A DNA stretch of 63,791 nucleotides, filler included, from Chiloscyllium plagiosum (GCF_004010195.1; 11 parts of 11 records of this genome joined end to end with filler, not necessarily neighbours in it); one strand, 5' to 3'. Shown: positions 49,423-63,241, numbered from the whole stretch's first letter. Numbers and translations are program-made. The notes: generated from the letters alone by a model not told the origin.

Positions 49423-51631
49423 CTTCTTCCTGCTGAGCTGTCAGTTCCAATTTAAGGGTTTGTCACTGTTTAAAGGGACAGAATTCTCATGTTATTGAGC
49501 AAATCTCCACAAGTGTTTTCCTCAAGCTCCATTGTGCTGTGATTTTGAGCAGCTTTCTCTGTCTGGGCTGTTAATTGCATTTTTTTTCTGTCAATGTCAA
49601 TGTCAATCTGACGTATTCCCTCCAGGCCCAGCTGATGGGATTGCACTGTGCAATCTCTGCGGCATGTTGGGTCACCCCTGAAACAATCTTCAGCCATTCA
49701 CAGACATTGCTGGCTGCATCTCTCACAGTGTGAGTGTTTTACTTTATGCTGCNNNNNNNNNNNNNNNNNNNNNNNNNNNNNNNNNNNNNNNNNNNNTTAA
49801 TTAATTAANNNNNNNNNNNNNNNNNNNNNNNNNNNNNNNNNNNNNNNNNNNNTGTGTGGCAATCTTTCCCAAACCATCTCCTGATAAGCTTGTTTTGTCA
49901 TTGTTTGTGGATGCTTGCTGATGCTTGTGCCCATTATCCTCATTTAATAAACGCCCCTCCATTTGTTGATCTATGAACTTGTGTGTCTGCATGTAAGACT
50001 CTGAATTTGTGTGCAGGTGTGACATTGTATACATGCTGATCAATGTGTTTTAAAAATAACTAATTAAGCTGTCTCTGTCATTTGTGATTCTGAAAATTTG
50101 AAAATAATGATATTATTGTTTATCTCTGTGCACTTACGTGCCTGTGTGAGTCGACATGTGGGAGGTCATTTTTCGGAATTTGTATCTGTGTGTTCATGTG
50201 TGTATGTCTGTATCCATTGTGCTGTATGAATGTATATGTATTCATGCCCCTTTGTGTGTTACCGTGTGTCTATGTTTCTCATGGTTATGTGTGAGTACTC
50301 CTGATCATTTGTGCAAATGATTTTCTTTCGGTGTATGTGAGTTTTTGTATGAGCTTAGGTGAGTGTTCAAGTACCACTTGCATGTGTGGCTCTGTGTGAG
50401 TATGCGTGTGTGACATCTTATCTATATGCACACTTGAGTGTGGACATAAATATGTGTCTTTAGGTGAGAGCCCGTATATGTGTCATTACGTGTGTATTTG
50501 TGATCATCTCTCTGTAACTGTTCTTATACCAGACTGCAATGTTTGTTATTCTAATTTATTGTTTTAATTTTAATGGATTGCTCATAATTAGATTTGACCT
50601 TGGTGTTGTAGGAAACATTTCCCATCATCGTGGAGAGATAAGCGTTTTATGAGCAACTCTTCTGTTGCAGTGATAGAATTTCTGTCTCTGAGAGAAAAGG
50701 CGTGAGTTCAATTCCCCACTGCCCCAGAGATAACATTTCTGAATATGTTTATTAGGAAATGCCTACTTGTGTTCTGTATGTGAAACAAAATGATATCAGG
50801 TATTCGAATATCAGAATTGATCCATGTGCTCCAGAAAACTGAGACAAAACTATGGAATTCAAACCGGGACGATGCAAACATCAGTTTTGGATTATGGGAA
50901 TCAATGTTAATCGGTTGTTAACAGAGCGTGTTCAATGTGTTTCAAAGGTATTGTTTTGCATGGAAATGTTAAATCTTTGGACAGTAAGCAAGAAGCTGAC
51001 TAATCCTGTTCGTAATTGGGTTACATTAAAGAGGACATCTATCATGAAAACTCTGCACAGGGAGCAAGATGACAGACCATTCATCGTTCCCCTCCCCTCT
51101 GCTCCATGACAACGTATCTATCGATTCTCTTTGGTGTGAACGTGAAGATACATCCTGTCAACTCATGCGCTGGTGCAAGAACCCTGGCAGTTCCCCAGAA
51201 ACAAAGGTTACATTCAAACTGCTCTGCTCTCTTAATGATTGTTGCAATGTGGCAGTTTAAAACTGACATGAATTTTGTAAGAATGTCCAATCGGGGGAAT
51301 CAAGAACACCAAGTTCAAAACTCGTGCTCTACCCTTGACATAAAATGAACATTATCAGATTTTGTCACAGAGGGATTTAGGATGGTTAAGGTACTTGGCG
51401 GAACCCTGCAATGAGTGAGCTTTACTCTATCTCTGACCCAGGGTGTATCTGAACAGAGAACATTAACTGCACAAGACACTCATCCTAGACCTATTATTAA
51501 TCCACTTTAACTACACAGTTGGAATGGAAGTCAGAGTGAGAAACAACTAATTCAGTATTTAACTCAACAACTGGAGGAAAAAAAAACACTTCATTACTTC
51601 TGTTGAATTATTAAATGCAACTTTGAGATTT

Positions 51632-52558
51632 TTATTGACATGAATTAACAGTGTCCATCAGTGCAAGTGAAATGTTTACAAAACTCGGTTTACCGCTGGA
51701 TTTATCGACTGTTCTGTTGATGATCTTCAATGGAATCGCTTCATGTCCCACCACACAGGAGTAAGAAGCACCGCTGGCCCACTCCTCCGCTGTAATGGAT
51801 AACAGGCTGTAGATGAAGAAGGAGGTGTTGTCGCTCTCCGCCATCACCTCAGTGTTCTTGTAGTTACTGGGATTCACTGGCTTGTCATTGTTTGTCCACT
51901 TGACGAAGATCTCTCGGGGGGAGAAACCTCTCACTTAACAGGTCAGGGAGAGAAACCTCTGAGCGGAGATTTCTTCTGTTGGTGGCAGGAGGACCGACAC
52001 TGATGGCTCCAGCGGATTAATCACTGCAGAATATTTGAGACAAATTGAAATCAACCAAAAAAGTCCTGAATCAATATCACAATTTCACTAAATATTAAAT
52101 ACGCCATTTTTAATTTGGGATTTATTAACTTTCCTTTTCTAAAGGAGCAGTATGATACACATTCTGTTCAGTAAAAAGAGTAAAGTTTAATGTGAAGGTT
52201 GCCTGCATGTTTCCAGCCCACAACAAGGGCATTCTGTCCAACTGTCATTGCTGATGGTGACGTCACAACCCAGGCTTCTTCCCACCTTTTCTGACTTAAT
52301 CAGAATACAATATCCTTTGGTCCATCTTTTTCTTAATCAGCGACTTAGCTATCCTGCCTTCAGATGCATCATTAATGCCCCCAGTGGTGTTTGTTCATTA
52401 CCAATCAAAGCCTGTCATTGATGTAACTGGATCTGGATTACACATGGGATCCTGTGTGCTTTAATCTCACCGCTCACCTTTCTCCTTGTGGATGGAGTCT
52501 CTCAGAGGAGTCGGTACATTCTGACGGTACACCACACATTCAAAAGTAACGCCACTCA
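51632..52558 (-). pseudogene. IGHM: Second IgM copy: CH4 with secretory tail (51632-52023, TAA at 51935-51937) and 3' end of CH3 (52478-52558)
   Basis: Paralog of S6; TTA to TAA right after the first Cys; tail [19 protein letters not shown]. Confidence 0.92.
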
Positions 52559-52852
52559 NNNNNNNNNNNNNNNNNNNNNNNNNNNNNNNNNNNNNNNNNN
52601 NNTTAATTAATTAANNNNNNNNNNNNNNNNNNNNNNNNNNNNNNNNNNNNNNNNNNNNCTCAGGGGCAATTAGGGATGGACAATAAATGCTGGCCCTGCC
52701 AGTGACACCCACATCCCAAGAAGCAATTTAAACAATGCCTGTTCTTTCGTCGGGTTTGTTAGGTATTGGCTACAAATGTTCAAATGTTTTCCCAGTGAAG
52801 ATTCTGAAAGTTGAAACTGGCAGAGATTAAAATTGTTTCTCTTGTCTTTCAG

Positions 52853-53181
52853 GCCGTGAGAACTCTCAGCCCAAGCTGACCCTGCTGCCCCCCTCCCCGG
52901 AGCAGGTCAATGCCAAGGGCACTGCCACCTTGGTGTGCCTTGCCAATCACTTCTATCCCGATGAGCTGGAGGTGCAGTGGAAGAAGGATGGTGCAGTCAT
53001 TTCGGACGGTGTTCAGACCAGCAACTACCTGCGAGCTTCGGACAGCACCTACAGTGTCAGCAGCCTGCTGACCCTCTCTGGGTCTGACTGGGAGTCCAAC
53101 GCTCGCTTCTCCTGTGCCCTCACCCACGTGACCCTCCCCTCTCCCCTCAGCAAGAGCATCAGGAGGTCAGAATGTGTATAG
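52853..53181 (+). CDS. IGKC: Ig kappa (NS4/type III) light-chain C exon, intact
   Basis: Acceptor CTTTCAG|; RENSQPKLTLLPPSPEQVNAKGTATLVCLANHFYPDELEVQW...FSCALTHVTLPSPLSKSIRRSECV*; ATTAAA at about 53262. Confidence 0.92.
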
Positions 53182-56100
53182 AGTGTTTGAGACAGTCCAC
53201 AGAGGAGACACAACTTTAAATAGGACAGGGCTGAGCTGGCAGGACAAAGATCATTGTGAGCATTAAATTTCAATTCTTTTCCTTTTCAGGACTCCTCAGA
53301 GGAATTTCTGAGGTTCAGGAGTTCAGGCAGGTCATTGGGACAGTGTAGAGAGAGCTTTACAGTATGTCAAACCTCATGCTGTCCTTGTCCTGTGAGTGTT
53401 TGATGGGAACAGGGGTGATTTGTGATGCCAAGTAAAATCTCTTCAAGTTGCTAAAGATTGTCATCTGGACAAAACAATGTGAACCTCAGAAACTTCTGCC
53501 TTCAGTAAACCAGATCTCCTTCCTGTTCAGCCACCAGCTCCAATTTAAGGTTTTTATCACTGTTTAAAGGGACAAGATTCTCATGTTATTGGGAAAATCT
53601 CCACAAGTGTTTTCCTCAAGCTCCATTGTGGCTGTGAATTTGAGCAGCTTCCTCTGTCTGGGCTGTTAATTGCAGTCTGTTTTCTGTCAATGTCAATCTG
53701 GAAAAGGGAATAAAGATGAAGAAGATTCAGTTTCTGTCTCTGAGTGTTTGGGAAATGGACCACTCCGTTCAGCTGATTGGCTGCATTTCAGCATGACATT
53801 GTCACAATCGGCTACTTGGCCTGTCAATCAATAAGACTTCTGTTGTCGTATAGACTGACAGCCAATCATCAATCATTTTCAAATGATCCCTTCGATCTGG
53901 AATCTGTGGTGGTTACAAGATTCCAAACAGAACAGAAACTGAAATCTGTTGGGACTCAATGATTACAATCTAAGGCATTCCCCTTCACTTTGTTGGTCCA
54001 GGCCCAGTTGCTGGGATTGCACTGTGCACTCTCTGCTGCATGCTGGATTGTACCTGAAATGATCTTAGGCCAATCGCTGTCACTGCAGGCTGTGTCTCTC
54101 TGAGTGCAGGTGTATTACATAATGCTGCCTGTAGATGTCACTCCGAGTGTGGGTGTGTTATTCAGAGAGACACATCCAGGCAGCATGGAGTGTGAGCATG
54201 TTACTCAGTGCTGCCTGTCTCTCTGAGTGTGTATGTTACTCAGTGTTGCCTGTAAGTGGCTCTGAGTGTGTGCGTGCTATTCTGTACTGTCTGTAGGTAT
54301 TGCACTAAGTGTGAGTGTGTCACTCTGTGCTGCCGTAGGCATTTGTCTCTGAGTGATGGACAGAGAATGGGCTTTGTGATGGGGATTGAAGATGAGGCTT
54401 TAATCTTCCCAAATCTCGGATGAAAAACAATTCAGTCTTTATTAAATTCACACAATATCAGGTTATAGTCAAATAGGCTTCTTTGGAAGTACAAGCTTTC
54501 GGAGCGCTGCTCCTTCATCAGGTAGCTAGTGGGGCTGAATCATTGGACACAGAATTTATAGTAAATTGAGATGGTAGCTGAGAAAGGTGAATGCTGAGAG
54601 TGTATTCTCAGTAAGGGAGGGATTTCAGAGGCAGTGCACACTGTGCTCCCTAATGTGTTGCCCGATTACAAGGGGATATTCTGGAGCTGGGGTCATTGCA
54701 GTAGTGGCTGCCTGCCCAGCCAATGCTGACTACCCAGCCAATGCTGACTAGCCATAGTCATATTTCAATGGTCAATTAGCCCTAAACTAAGTGCAGCAAT
54801 ATTACGTTACAGGGACGGGAGTTGTCTGAACAAGAGAGGTAGAATTATTGAATTCCAAGAGGGTTGCAGTGGATTAATGAAGGGTGCTACCACCATGAAG
54901 GTGCCACCTTCTCTCCCCCTGCCTCAGCTGTAGTGACCCTCAGGTTAATCACACCATCAGTCGTCTCTGTCTGTAATGAGTGAGACTATGCTCCTCTGGA
55001 ATGATGACCACTTTCCTGGGTGATGGACGGAAGGCCAACCTCTCCCAAAGGCAGCACAGGCTGGATTGAAGGGGCATCAGGAGTAAGTATGGGGAGATTG
55101 AGGGTGACAGAAGGAGGGGGTTGATTGGCAGGTTGTTATTCAGAGTCAGGTACCAGAGTATCAGTACTTCTGACACTCCCCTTTTTAATCTGTCAGCCAG
55201 GGCTCCCTGATTGGACAAGGTTAACAGCCCCTGTCCGGGAATTCATATTTTATCAAAACAAACTCAAGAGGTAAACAACACAAGACAAAATGAATGGTTT
55301 GAAGGATTTCATTACAAACATCACAAATGAGGCAGTCACAAGATGGCAAATACATGATTTAAGCTCAGAGGAAATGGCTCAAGTTTCAGTGAAGGCCCAA
55401 GTAGGTGCTTGGAAGGAGGGTCAAGGCTAATGGAGACAAGGTCAATGGAGACTGAGCGAGGGCACAAGGTGCTGGCTGGCATCTCCAGAGGTTGTAGTGA
55501 GGCATATGGGGACAAGAGGGGAGTGTGGAGGGAGGGAGTGCAGTTCCAGATGAAATGCGACCTTTGTCAGCAGCAGCATGACCTTCAGCACCAGGAGGTG
55601 TCCCTGACTGTGTCAGGCTCACTGGCTGCTCTCTGTGTGATTCCACTCTTCTGGTCACCACACAAAGTCTTGCTCATGTCTACACTACTGTCTACACCAC
55701 CATCTACACCCACCGTCTGCAGACTCAGTCTGCAACCACCATCTCCACCCACTGTCTACATCACTGTCTGCATCCTCCATCCACACCACCCATCTTTCTG
55801 CTGTTGTAAGTTTGTATCCAATGATTCCATTGAGATTACTGCAACAGAAACCTGAATTTTAGAACTGTCAAAGATTGTCTTGTAACCCTGACCTTCAAAG
55901 TATGTCTTCCACAATGGGCTGATTAATATTAATTATTGAATGCCATTTGAGTTCTGTGATGGCAGGCCTGACGTATAAGGAGAGGTTGAGTTGATGAGGA
56001 TTGTGTTCACTGGAGTCTAGAAGAATGAAGGAAGGGAATCTTGGAGAAAGCTGTAAAATTGGAACAGGATGAGACAAATTAGATGGAGGAAGGATGTTCC

Positions 56101-56729
56101 CAATGCTGGAGAAGTCCAGAACCAGGCTCATAGTTTAAGGTTAAGGGGTAAACCCTATAGGACAGAGATGAGGAAAAATGTTTTCACCCGGAGAGTGGTG
56201 AGCCTGTGGAATTCTCTGTCACAGAAAGTGGTTGAGGCCAAAACATTATGTTTTCAAGAAGGAGGTAGAGATAGCTCTTGTGGCTAAAGATTCAAGCCAT
56301 ATGAGCTAGGGAGGGATTACAGTACAGTGCTCGATGATCAGCGATGACCATAGATAGATTCTTGATGACTGAAGGGATGAAACATTATCAGAGAATGTAG
56401 AGTTGAGGTTAAAATCAGATCAACCATAATTTTATTGAATGGGGGAGCGGGTTCAAAGGGCTAAGTGGCCTACTTTTGTTCCTTGCCCATTTATTGCCTC
56501 ATACACTTTCACACTATCAGACAATGTTGTTTATATTTTCCACCTGCAGGTTAAGCTGCTTGTACAATATGCTTCATCTGCGCAGTGTTTTCTCCTGCTT
56601 TTCACCAGGACATGTTAAAGATAATGGTCCCATAATCAATCCATTAACTCTGCGAGTTGATTTATTTAAAACAATAAAAACATGTTACAAGTCATGAAGC
56701 AGACATTACAGCAAGCAACAATGTTCAGT

Positions 56730-57473
56730 ATGTTGGCTCAGTGGTTAGCACTGCTGTCTCACAGCACCAGGGACCTGGGTTCAATACCAGCCTTAGGCGA
56801 TTGTCTGTGTGGAGTTTGCACATTCTCCCTGTGACAGTGTGGGTTTCCTTCGGGTGCTCTGGTTTCCTGCTATGGTGCAAAGATGTCCAGGTTGGGAGAA
56901 TTGGCCAAGCTATATTTCCCATGGTGTTCAGGGATGTGTGGGTTAGGTGCAGTAGTCAGGGAAAATGTAAAGTAATGGGGTGAGGGACTAGGATGCACTT
57001 GGAAGATCCGGTCTGGACTTGTTGGGCCAGGTGGCTTGTTTCCACACTGCAGGGATTCTGTGAATTGATCTCGGTCTGTGCAGCTTGCAGGCTCACAGAT
57101 GACTAACTGGTAGGTAGAGTGCAACACTGTACATACACAGGGGTGGACTTTCTTAAAGGCAATGTGTGCACATATCACACAGCCACTGAACATCAAGGGG
57201 AGATTGTTACATTCTCTTTTGTTGGAGACAGTCGTTGCCTGGCAGTTGTGTGGCACAAATGTAACCTTATTCATGTTTCAAGCCCTCAGCTCTGATCGTA
57301 AAATGCTTTGGAACATCCTCAGGTGACAAAAGGTGCTATACTTTTGGGGTGGTACGATGGCTCAGTGGTTAGCACTGCTGCCTCACAGCGTCAGGGACCC
57401 ACCTCAGGCAGGTCTGTGTGGAGTCTGCACATTCTCAATGAGTCTGTGTGGGTTTCTGTCAGGTGGTCTGGTT
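56730..57473 (+). mobile_element. Two HE1-type SINEs (about 56730-57060, and 57347 to the gap)
   Basis: GGCTCAGTGGTTAGCACTGCTG heads. Confidence 0.8.
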
Positions 57474-58029
57474 NNNNNNNNNNNNNNNNNNNNNNNNNNN
57501 NNNNNNNNNNNNNNNNNNNNNNNNNNNNNNNNNNNNNNNNNNNNNNNNNNNNNNNNNNNNNNNNNNNNNNNNNNNNNNNNNNNNNNNNNNNNNNNNNNNN
57601 NNNNNNNNNNNNNNNNNNNNNNNNNNNNNNNNNNNNNNNNNNNNNNNNNNNNNNNNNNNNNNNNNNNNNNNNNNNNNNNNNNNNNNNNNNNNNNNNNNNN
57701 NNNNNNNNNNNNNNNNNNNNNNNNNNNNNNNNNNNNNNNNNNNNNNNNNNNNNNNNNNNNNNNNNNNNNNNNNNNNNNNNNNNNNNNNNNNNNNNNNNNN
57801 NNNNNNNNNNNNNNNNNNNNNNNNNNNNNNNNNNNNNAAATGTCACCTTCACATTTCTGGAGGCTTTGATCAAAAAGGTTGCTTACTCCTCTCCAATATA
57901 CAGCTTAAAATCAGCTCCTACTCCCAACCATCCAGCTGAGAGCAGAGCCCTGTACAAACTGGAACCTGTTCAGTGGGAGCACTGTCACCTCTGTCTCAGA
58001 AGCTTTGTCTATTTAAACCAGAGACTCTC

Positions 58030-60551
58030 TAACTTCGAGAGTCATTCGGCACGGAAACAGACCCTTTGGTTCAACTCATCCATGCCAATCAGATATCCGA
58101 AATTAATCTAGTCCCATTTGCCAGGATTTGGCCCATATTCCTCTAATCCCTTCCGATTCATATACACATCCAGGTGCCTTTTAAATGTTGTAATTGTACC
58201 AGTCTCCACCACTTCCTCTGGCAGCTCATTCCATACACGTACCACCCTCTGCATGAAAAAATTGCTCCTTAGATCTCTACCAAATCCTTCCTCTCTCACC
58301 TTAAACCTATGCCCTCCAGTTTTGGACTCACATACCCCGGGCAAAAGATCTTGGCTATTCACCTTATCTATGTCACTCATGATTTTATAAACCTCTATAA
58401 AGTCACCCCTCAGTCTCCAATGCTCCAGGGAAAATAGCCCCAGTCTGTTCAGCCTCTCCCTGTGGCTCAAAACCTCCAACCCTGGCAACATCCTTGCAAG
58501 GTCATGAGAGGGCACCAGCAATCAGGGTGTTGGTTTGAAATGTGTGTACTTCAATGCCAGGAGCATCCGGAATAAGGTGGGTGAACTTGTAGCATGGTTT
58601 GGTATCTGGGATTTCGATGTTGTGGCCATTTCAGAGATATGATTAGAGGACTTTGTTGCAGGTTCCGGGAATGAGATGTTTCAGCAAGAACAGAGAAGAT
58701 GGTAACAGAGGGAGGGGTGCGGCATTGTTAATTAAGGGTAGTATTTCAGCAGCTGAGATAACATGTGAGGACACATCCACTGAGGTCGTTTGGGCTGAGA
58801 TTCCCTCCTCTGTTTCAACTTCAGGCAGTGAGACCAGCAGCATCATGCAAAAACTGAAGATGATGCGCAGTCATATGGATGAAAAGTAATATCTCTTATG
58901 GCTCCTTATAAGGCATATTGCTGTGAAAGGCTGGCAAGCCAACCCGCTCATTTGTCAGCTGGTGATGTTATAGAGAGGGTGAGAAAGAGAGAGACAGAGT
59001 GGCTCTGAGCAGAGAAAAATATATGAAGTCCATTTAACTCTGTTTTTCAAAGACAATGTGTTTGCTGCATATGGTGCTTCTAATTATCCCAATATTGACT
59101 GGGAGTACTATAGTTCAAGTAGTTTAGATGGGTCAGTTTTGTTCAATGTGTGGAGGAGGGTTTCCTGACACAGTATGTACACAGGCTAACAAGGGGCGAT
59201 GCCATATTATCAGGGGTTAGATTTGGAGGTAAGTGAACATTTTGGCGATAGTGACCACAATTCGATTATATTTACAATAGGAATGGGCAGTGATAGGTAT
59301 ATACTGGGGGAAAGGCAATTATGATGCAATTAAGCAAGATTTAGGATGCATCAGATGGGGAAGGAAACTGCAGGGGATAGACACACTTGAAATGTGGAGC
59401 TTATTCAAGGAAAGCTACTGTGGGTCCTTGATAACTATATACCTATCAGGCAGGGAGGTAGTTGTCGAGAGAGGGACCCATGGTTTTCTAAAGAAGTTGA
59501 AGCTCTTGTCAAGAGGAAGAAGGCGGTTTATGTGAGGATGAGGCATGAAGGCTCAGTTAGGAGGCTTGAGAGTTATAAGTTAGCCAGAAAAGATTGAAAG
59601 AGAGGGCTAAGAAGAGCCAGGGAGAAAAATGAGAAATTGTTGGTGCATAGGGTCAAGGAAAACACTAAGGCCTTCTATAGGTACATCAGGAATAAAAGAA
59701 TGACTAGATTAGGGCCAATCAAAGATAGGAGTGGAAAGTTGTGTGAGGAATCTGAGGATATGAGGAAGTGCTTAATGAATACTTTTCGTCAGTATTCTCA
59801 TTGGAAAAGGGCAATGCTAGTGAGAATACTGAGTTATAGGATACTAGATTAGACGGGATTGTGGTTGATAACGAGGTGGTTTTAGCAATGTTGGAAGATC
59901 TGAAAACAGATAAGATCCCTGGGCCTAGTGGGATTTATCCTTGGATTCTCTGGGAAGTCAGGAAGAGATTGCAGAGCCTTTGTCTTTGATCTTTATGTCA
60001 TCATTGTCAAAAGGAATAATGCCAGAATTTTGGAAGATAACAAATGTTGTTCCCTTGTTTAGAAAGGGGAGTCGAGACAACTCTGGCAATTATAGGCCAG
60101 TGAACCTTACTTTGGTTGGAGGTAAGGTGTTGGAAAAGATTATGAGAGATAAGATTTATAATTATCTGGAAAGGAATAATTTGATTAGAGATAGTCAACA
60201 CGGTTTTGTGAAGGGTAGGCCGTGCCTAATTAATCTTATTGAGCTCTTCGACAAGGTGACAAAAATGGTGAACCAAGGTAAAGTGGTTGATGTGGTGTAT
60301 ATGGACTTCAGTAAGGCATTTGATAAAGTTCCACATGGTAGGCTATTGCACAAAATACAGAACTTCGGGATTGAAGGTGATTTAGCGAATTGGATCAGGA
60401 ATTAGCTAGCTGAAAGAAGACGGAGGGTGGTGGTTGATGGGAAATGTTCATTCTGGAGCTCAGTTACCAGTGGTGTGCTGCAAGGATTTGTTTTGGGGCC
60501 ACTGGTGTTTGTCATTTTTATAAATGATGTGGACATGGACGTAGAAGGATG
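58030..60551. mobile_element. CR1 LINE pieces: 3' end on minus (58030-58500), EN-RT on plus (58500-60551)
   Basis: RLRGDF, NYRPVNLT, QHGF, YMDFSKAFDKVPH. Confidence 0.92.
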
Positions 60552-61191
60552 NNNNNNNNNNNNNNNNNNNNNNNNNNNNNNNNNNNNNNNNNNNNTTAAT
60601 TAATTAANNNNNNNNNNNNNNNNNNNNNNNNNNNNNNNNNNNNNNNNNNNNTAACATTCAACTTTACCTAATTTCTATAAATCAGAAACAGCAGTCTTAC
60701 TGGCTGGTCTAGCATTTATAAATCAATCCTAATTGGTCAGAGGGCAGTTGAGAGTTACCCTCACTGCTGTATGACTGGAGTCACATGGAGGTGAGAACGG
60801 CTGATTTCCACCCAAAAGGGAATTCATGAACCAAACAGGTTTACACAACAATGGTTTCATTGTCATTATTAGACTCTTAATTCCAGATTTTCATTCAAAT
60901 CAACTTCCACCATCTAACAAATGGAATACAAACTCAGGTCACCAGGATGTTACTCAGGTCTCTGGATTAATAGTCTCATGATAATACCACCACATCATCA
61001 CCTCCCCTCCTCACTAAAAGAGGGAATTCCACCCACCATCATTTTACCCAATCTGAGGAAGTGTGAGTCGAAGAAAATCTAAGGTCAATCTCAGAAAGAG
61101 CTATCAAAGTATTTTCATAAATTTTAAAAGTTTATGCGTTGTAAAAAAAATTGCATGGACACACACAGACACACAGACTCCAGTCCCTCAC

Positions 61192-61859
61192 CCCACTGAT
61201 AGAGCTGGGCCTCTGCCAGGCTGCTGTGTTCAATGTGACAGGAGTATTGATCCTCATCCCCAGCATTGATCTCAATCTCTTTCTGGATCTGATGGGTCCC
61301 ATCGTGGTTCGGTCGAACCCCCGAGGATTGGCTCTCAGACATGACCTCTCCATTCCTTAGCCAGGTCACCTCGATGTCTACAGGATAAAACCCAGTGACC
61401 AAGCAGGAGAGAGTGAGCGGCTTGTCCTGACCATTGGGCTCCCTCCTGGAGATGAACACTTCAGGCTGAACTGTGATGGGAAAGGGTGAAACCACAAACA
61501 ACAGACAGACACTGAATGGAATGGGAGAGCGGTTTCATAGATCAGTGAGGTGAGATCAGAACATGGAACAAAACTGAAATACACACCTTTCCTTCCAAAA
61601 TACTGCTTTCCAGCTTGCAAATATCTCTTTAAATCCTGAACAAACCCTTGCTCTAGATGTTTCCCAATATTTGTTCCAGGATTCATCAGAACCCATTTCT
61701 CTTTAGTCTTCACTGCATTGTGATTGGTTGTGATCCATCTCATTCTATCTTGATCGAAGCTGAGGTAATCCTTTCCATAAAATCCAAGTCGCATCGATCT
61801 CTTAATATCACCGTCGTCAGTGATTTCAACAATTGTTATCCATTGAAACGTGTGAATTC
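61192..61859 (-). CDS. S10 nonclassical MHC class I, alpha2 (61587-61859) and alpha3 (61192-61470) exons
   Basis: Alpha3 LTLSCLVTGFYPVDIEVTW...PNHDGTHQI...YSCHIEHSSL (279 nt); alpha2 GIHTFQW...GFYGKDYLSFD (273 nt); canonical splice sites; close paralog of S5. Confidence 0.9.
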
Positions 61860-62774
61860 CTATCGGTGATCAAACAGGAAATAGTATTCAATTTTTTGCA
61901 AATAAATGACAACTTGCCTGATCTGAGGGGAGGGTAATCTAGTATCAAATAGAATTGGAAATTATACTCCAGTAATGAATGGTATCAGGAGGTTAGTGCT
62001 GGAGTCGGACTGAGTGGGGTGATCCAGGGGTCAGCACTGGGAGACGGACTGAGCGGGGTGATCTAGGGGATAAACTGAGTGGAGTGACCCAGGGGTCAGT
62101 GCTGGCTGGTGGACTGGATGGGGTGATCCAGGGGTCAGTGCTGGGGTATGGATTTGATCATCTCCACTGCTTTATCTCTCAGATATTTCCTACAGAGCTT
62201 CTCACTGTCCTCTCACACTGCCTGTTGGATTCACATTGTCCATTCTGTAATATTGGGGAAGAGCAATGTCTCCCTCCCCCCAACCTTATGTATGAACAGA
62301 CATTGAGACCCAGTGAGATGACAGGAATTCTCTAACAAGCTGCCCATTCCTGGNNNNNNNNNNNNNNNNNNNNNNNNNNNNNNNNNNNNNNNNNNNNTTA
62401 ATTAATTAANNNNNNNNNNNNNNNNNNNNNNNNNNNNNNNNNNNNNNNNNNNNTTACAGGGGGCCCTGTGTTTTGGGGTTTATTTAAAGGGGTCCCTGTG
62501 TTTTGGGGTTTATTTACAGGGGGCCCTGTGTTTGAATGTTAACCTTTCGGGGTCTGTGTGTTTGTTTTCCCCTGGTTTGGTGTGTTGTCGCCGTGTCTGT
62601 GGTGTACAGTGCTGTATGTGATGGTGTGGCGATGGAGTGGTGCTGGGTGTTTGCGCGGCCGCTCGGGGCTGGTGCTGGGTGTGTCCCCTCAGCCCGGCCT
62701 GGGGCGGGGGGTGATCCTTCCCCTGGCCGGGGTCGCTCTCCCTGGTCACAGTCTGTCTCTCTGTCTCTCTCACT

Positions 62775-62900
62775 CCTCGTGGATGAGCCCGATGCCGGGA
62801 TGGCCCGAGTTTGTGGCGGTCGGTTATGTGGATGAGCAGGAGTTTGTTCACGATGACAGTGATACCCGGAGGGACCCCCCGCGGCAGCGCTGGAGGGAGC
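62775..62900 (+). pseudogene. Truncated MHC class I alpha1 exon remnant (UAA-type)
   Basis: WPEFVAVGYVDEQEFVHDDSDTRRDPPRQRW; no 3' half. Confidence 0.75.
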
Positions 62901-62980
62901 GGGTTCCTGGGATCGGGGCTGAGCTGCTGGTTGGGCATGTTTCAGGGTTCACTCGGTGTCTGTGTCTGTGTGTGTTACAG

Positions 62981-63241
62981 CCTCGCACTGGTATCGGTAT
63001 TTCTACACCTGGGTGTCTGGAGTGTCGGAGTTCCCTGAGTTTGTCGCTCTCGGTTACCTGGATGACAAGGAGCTGAATTATTATGCGAGTGGAATGAAGG
63101 AGGTGGTGTCCCGGCACAAGGTGATGGACGCCGCTGCAGATCCAGATTTCTACCGCAGGAACACACAGATCCTGCGGGGCTGGGAGCCCGTGGGAAAGGT
63201 CAGCATCCAGACCCTGAGGGACAGGACCAACCAGAGCGGGG
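62981..63241 (+). CDS. S11 MHC class I alpha1 exon
   Basis: Acceptor TTACAG|, donor G|GTAAGT, 261 nt; SHWYRYFYT...PEFVALGYLDD...RTNQSG with the conserved NQS glycosylation site. Confidence 0.92.

Noticed and set aside
50850-51350. IgM transmembrane exons downstream of the S8 CH4
   Set aside because: No WTTASTFI...FYS-type sequence seen in the minus-strand translations.
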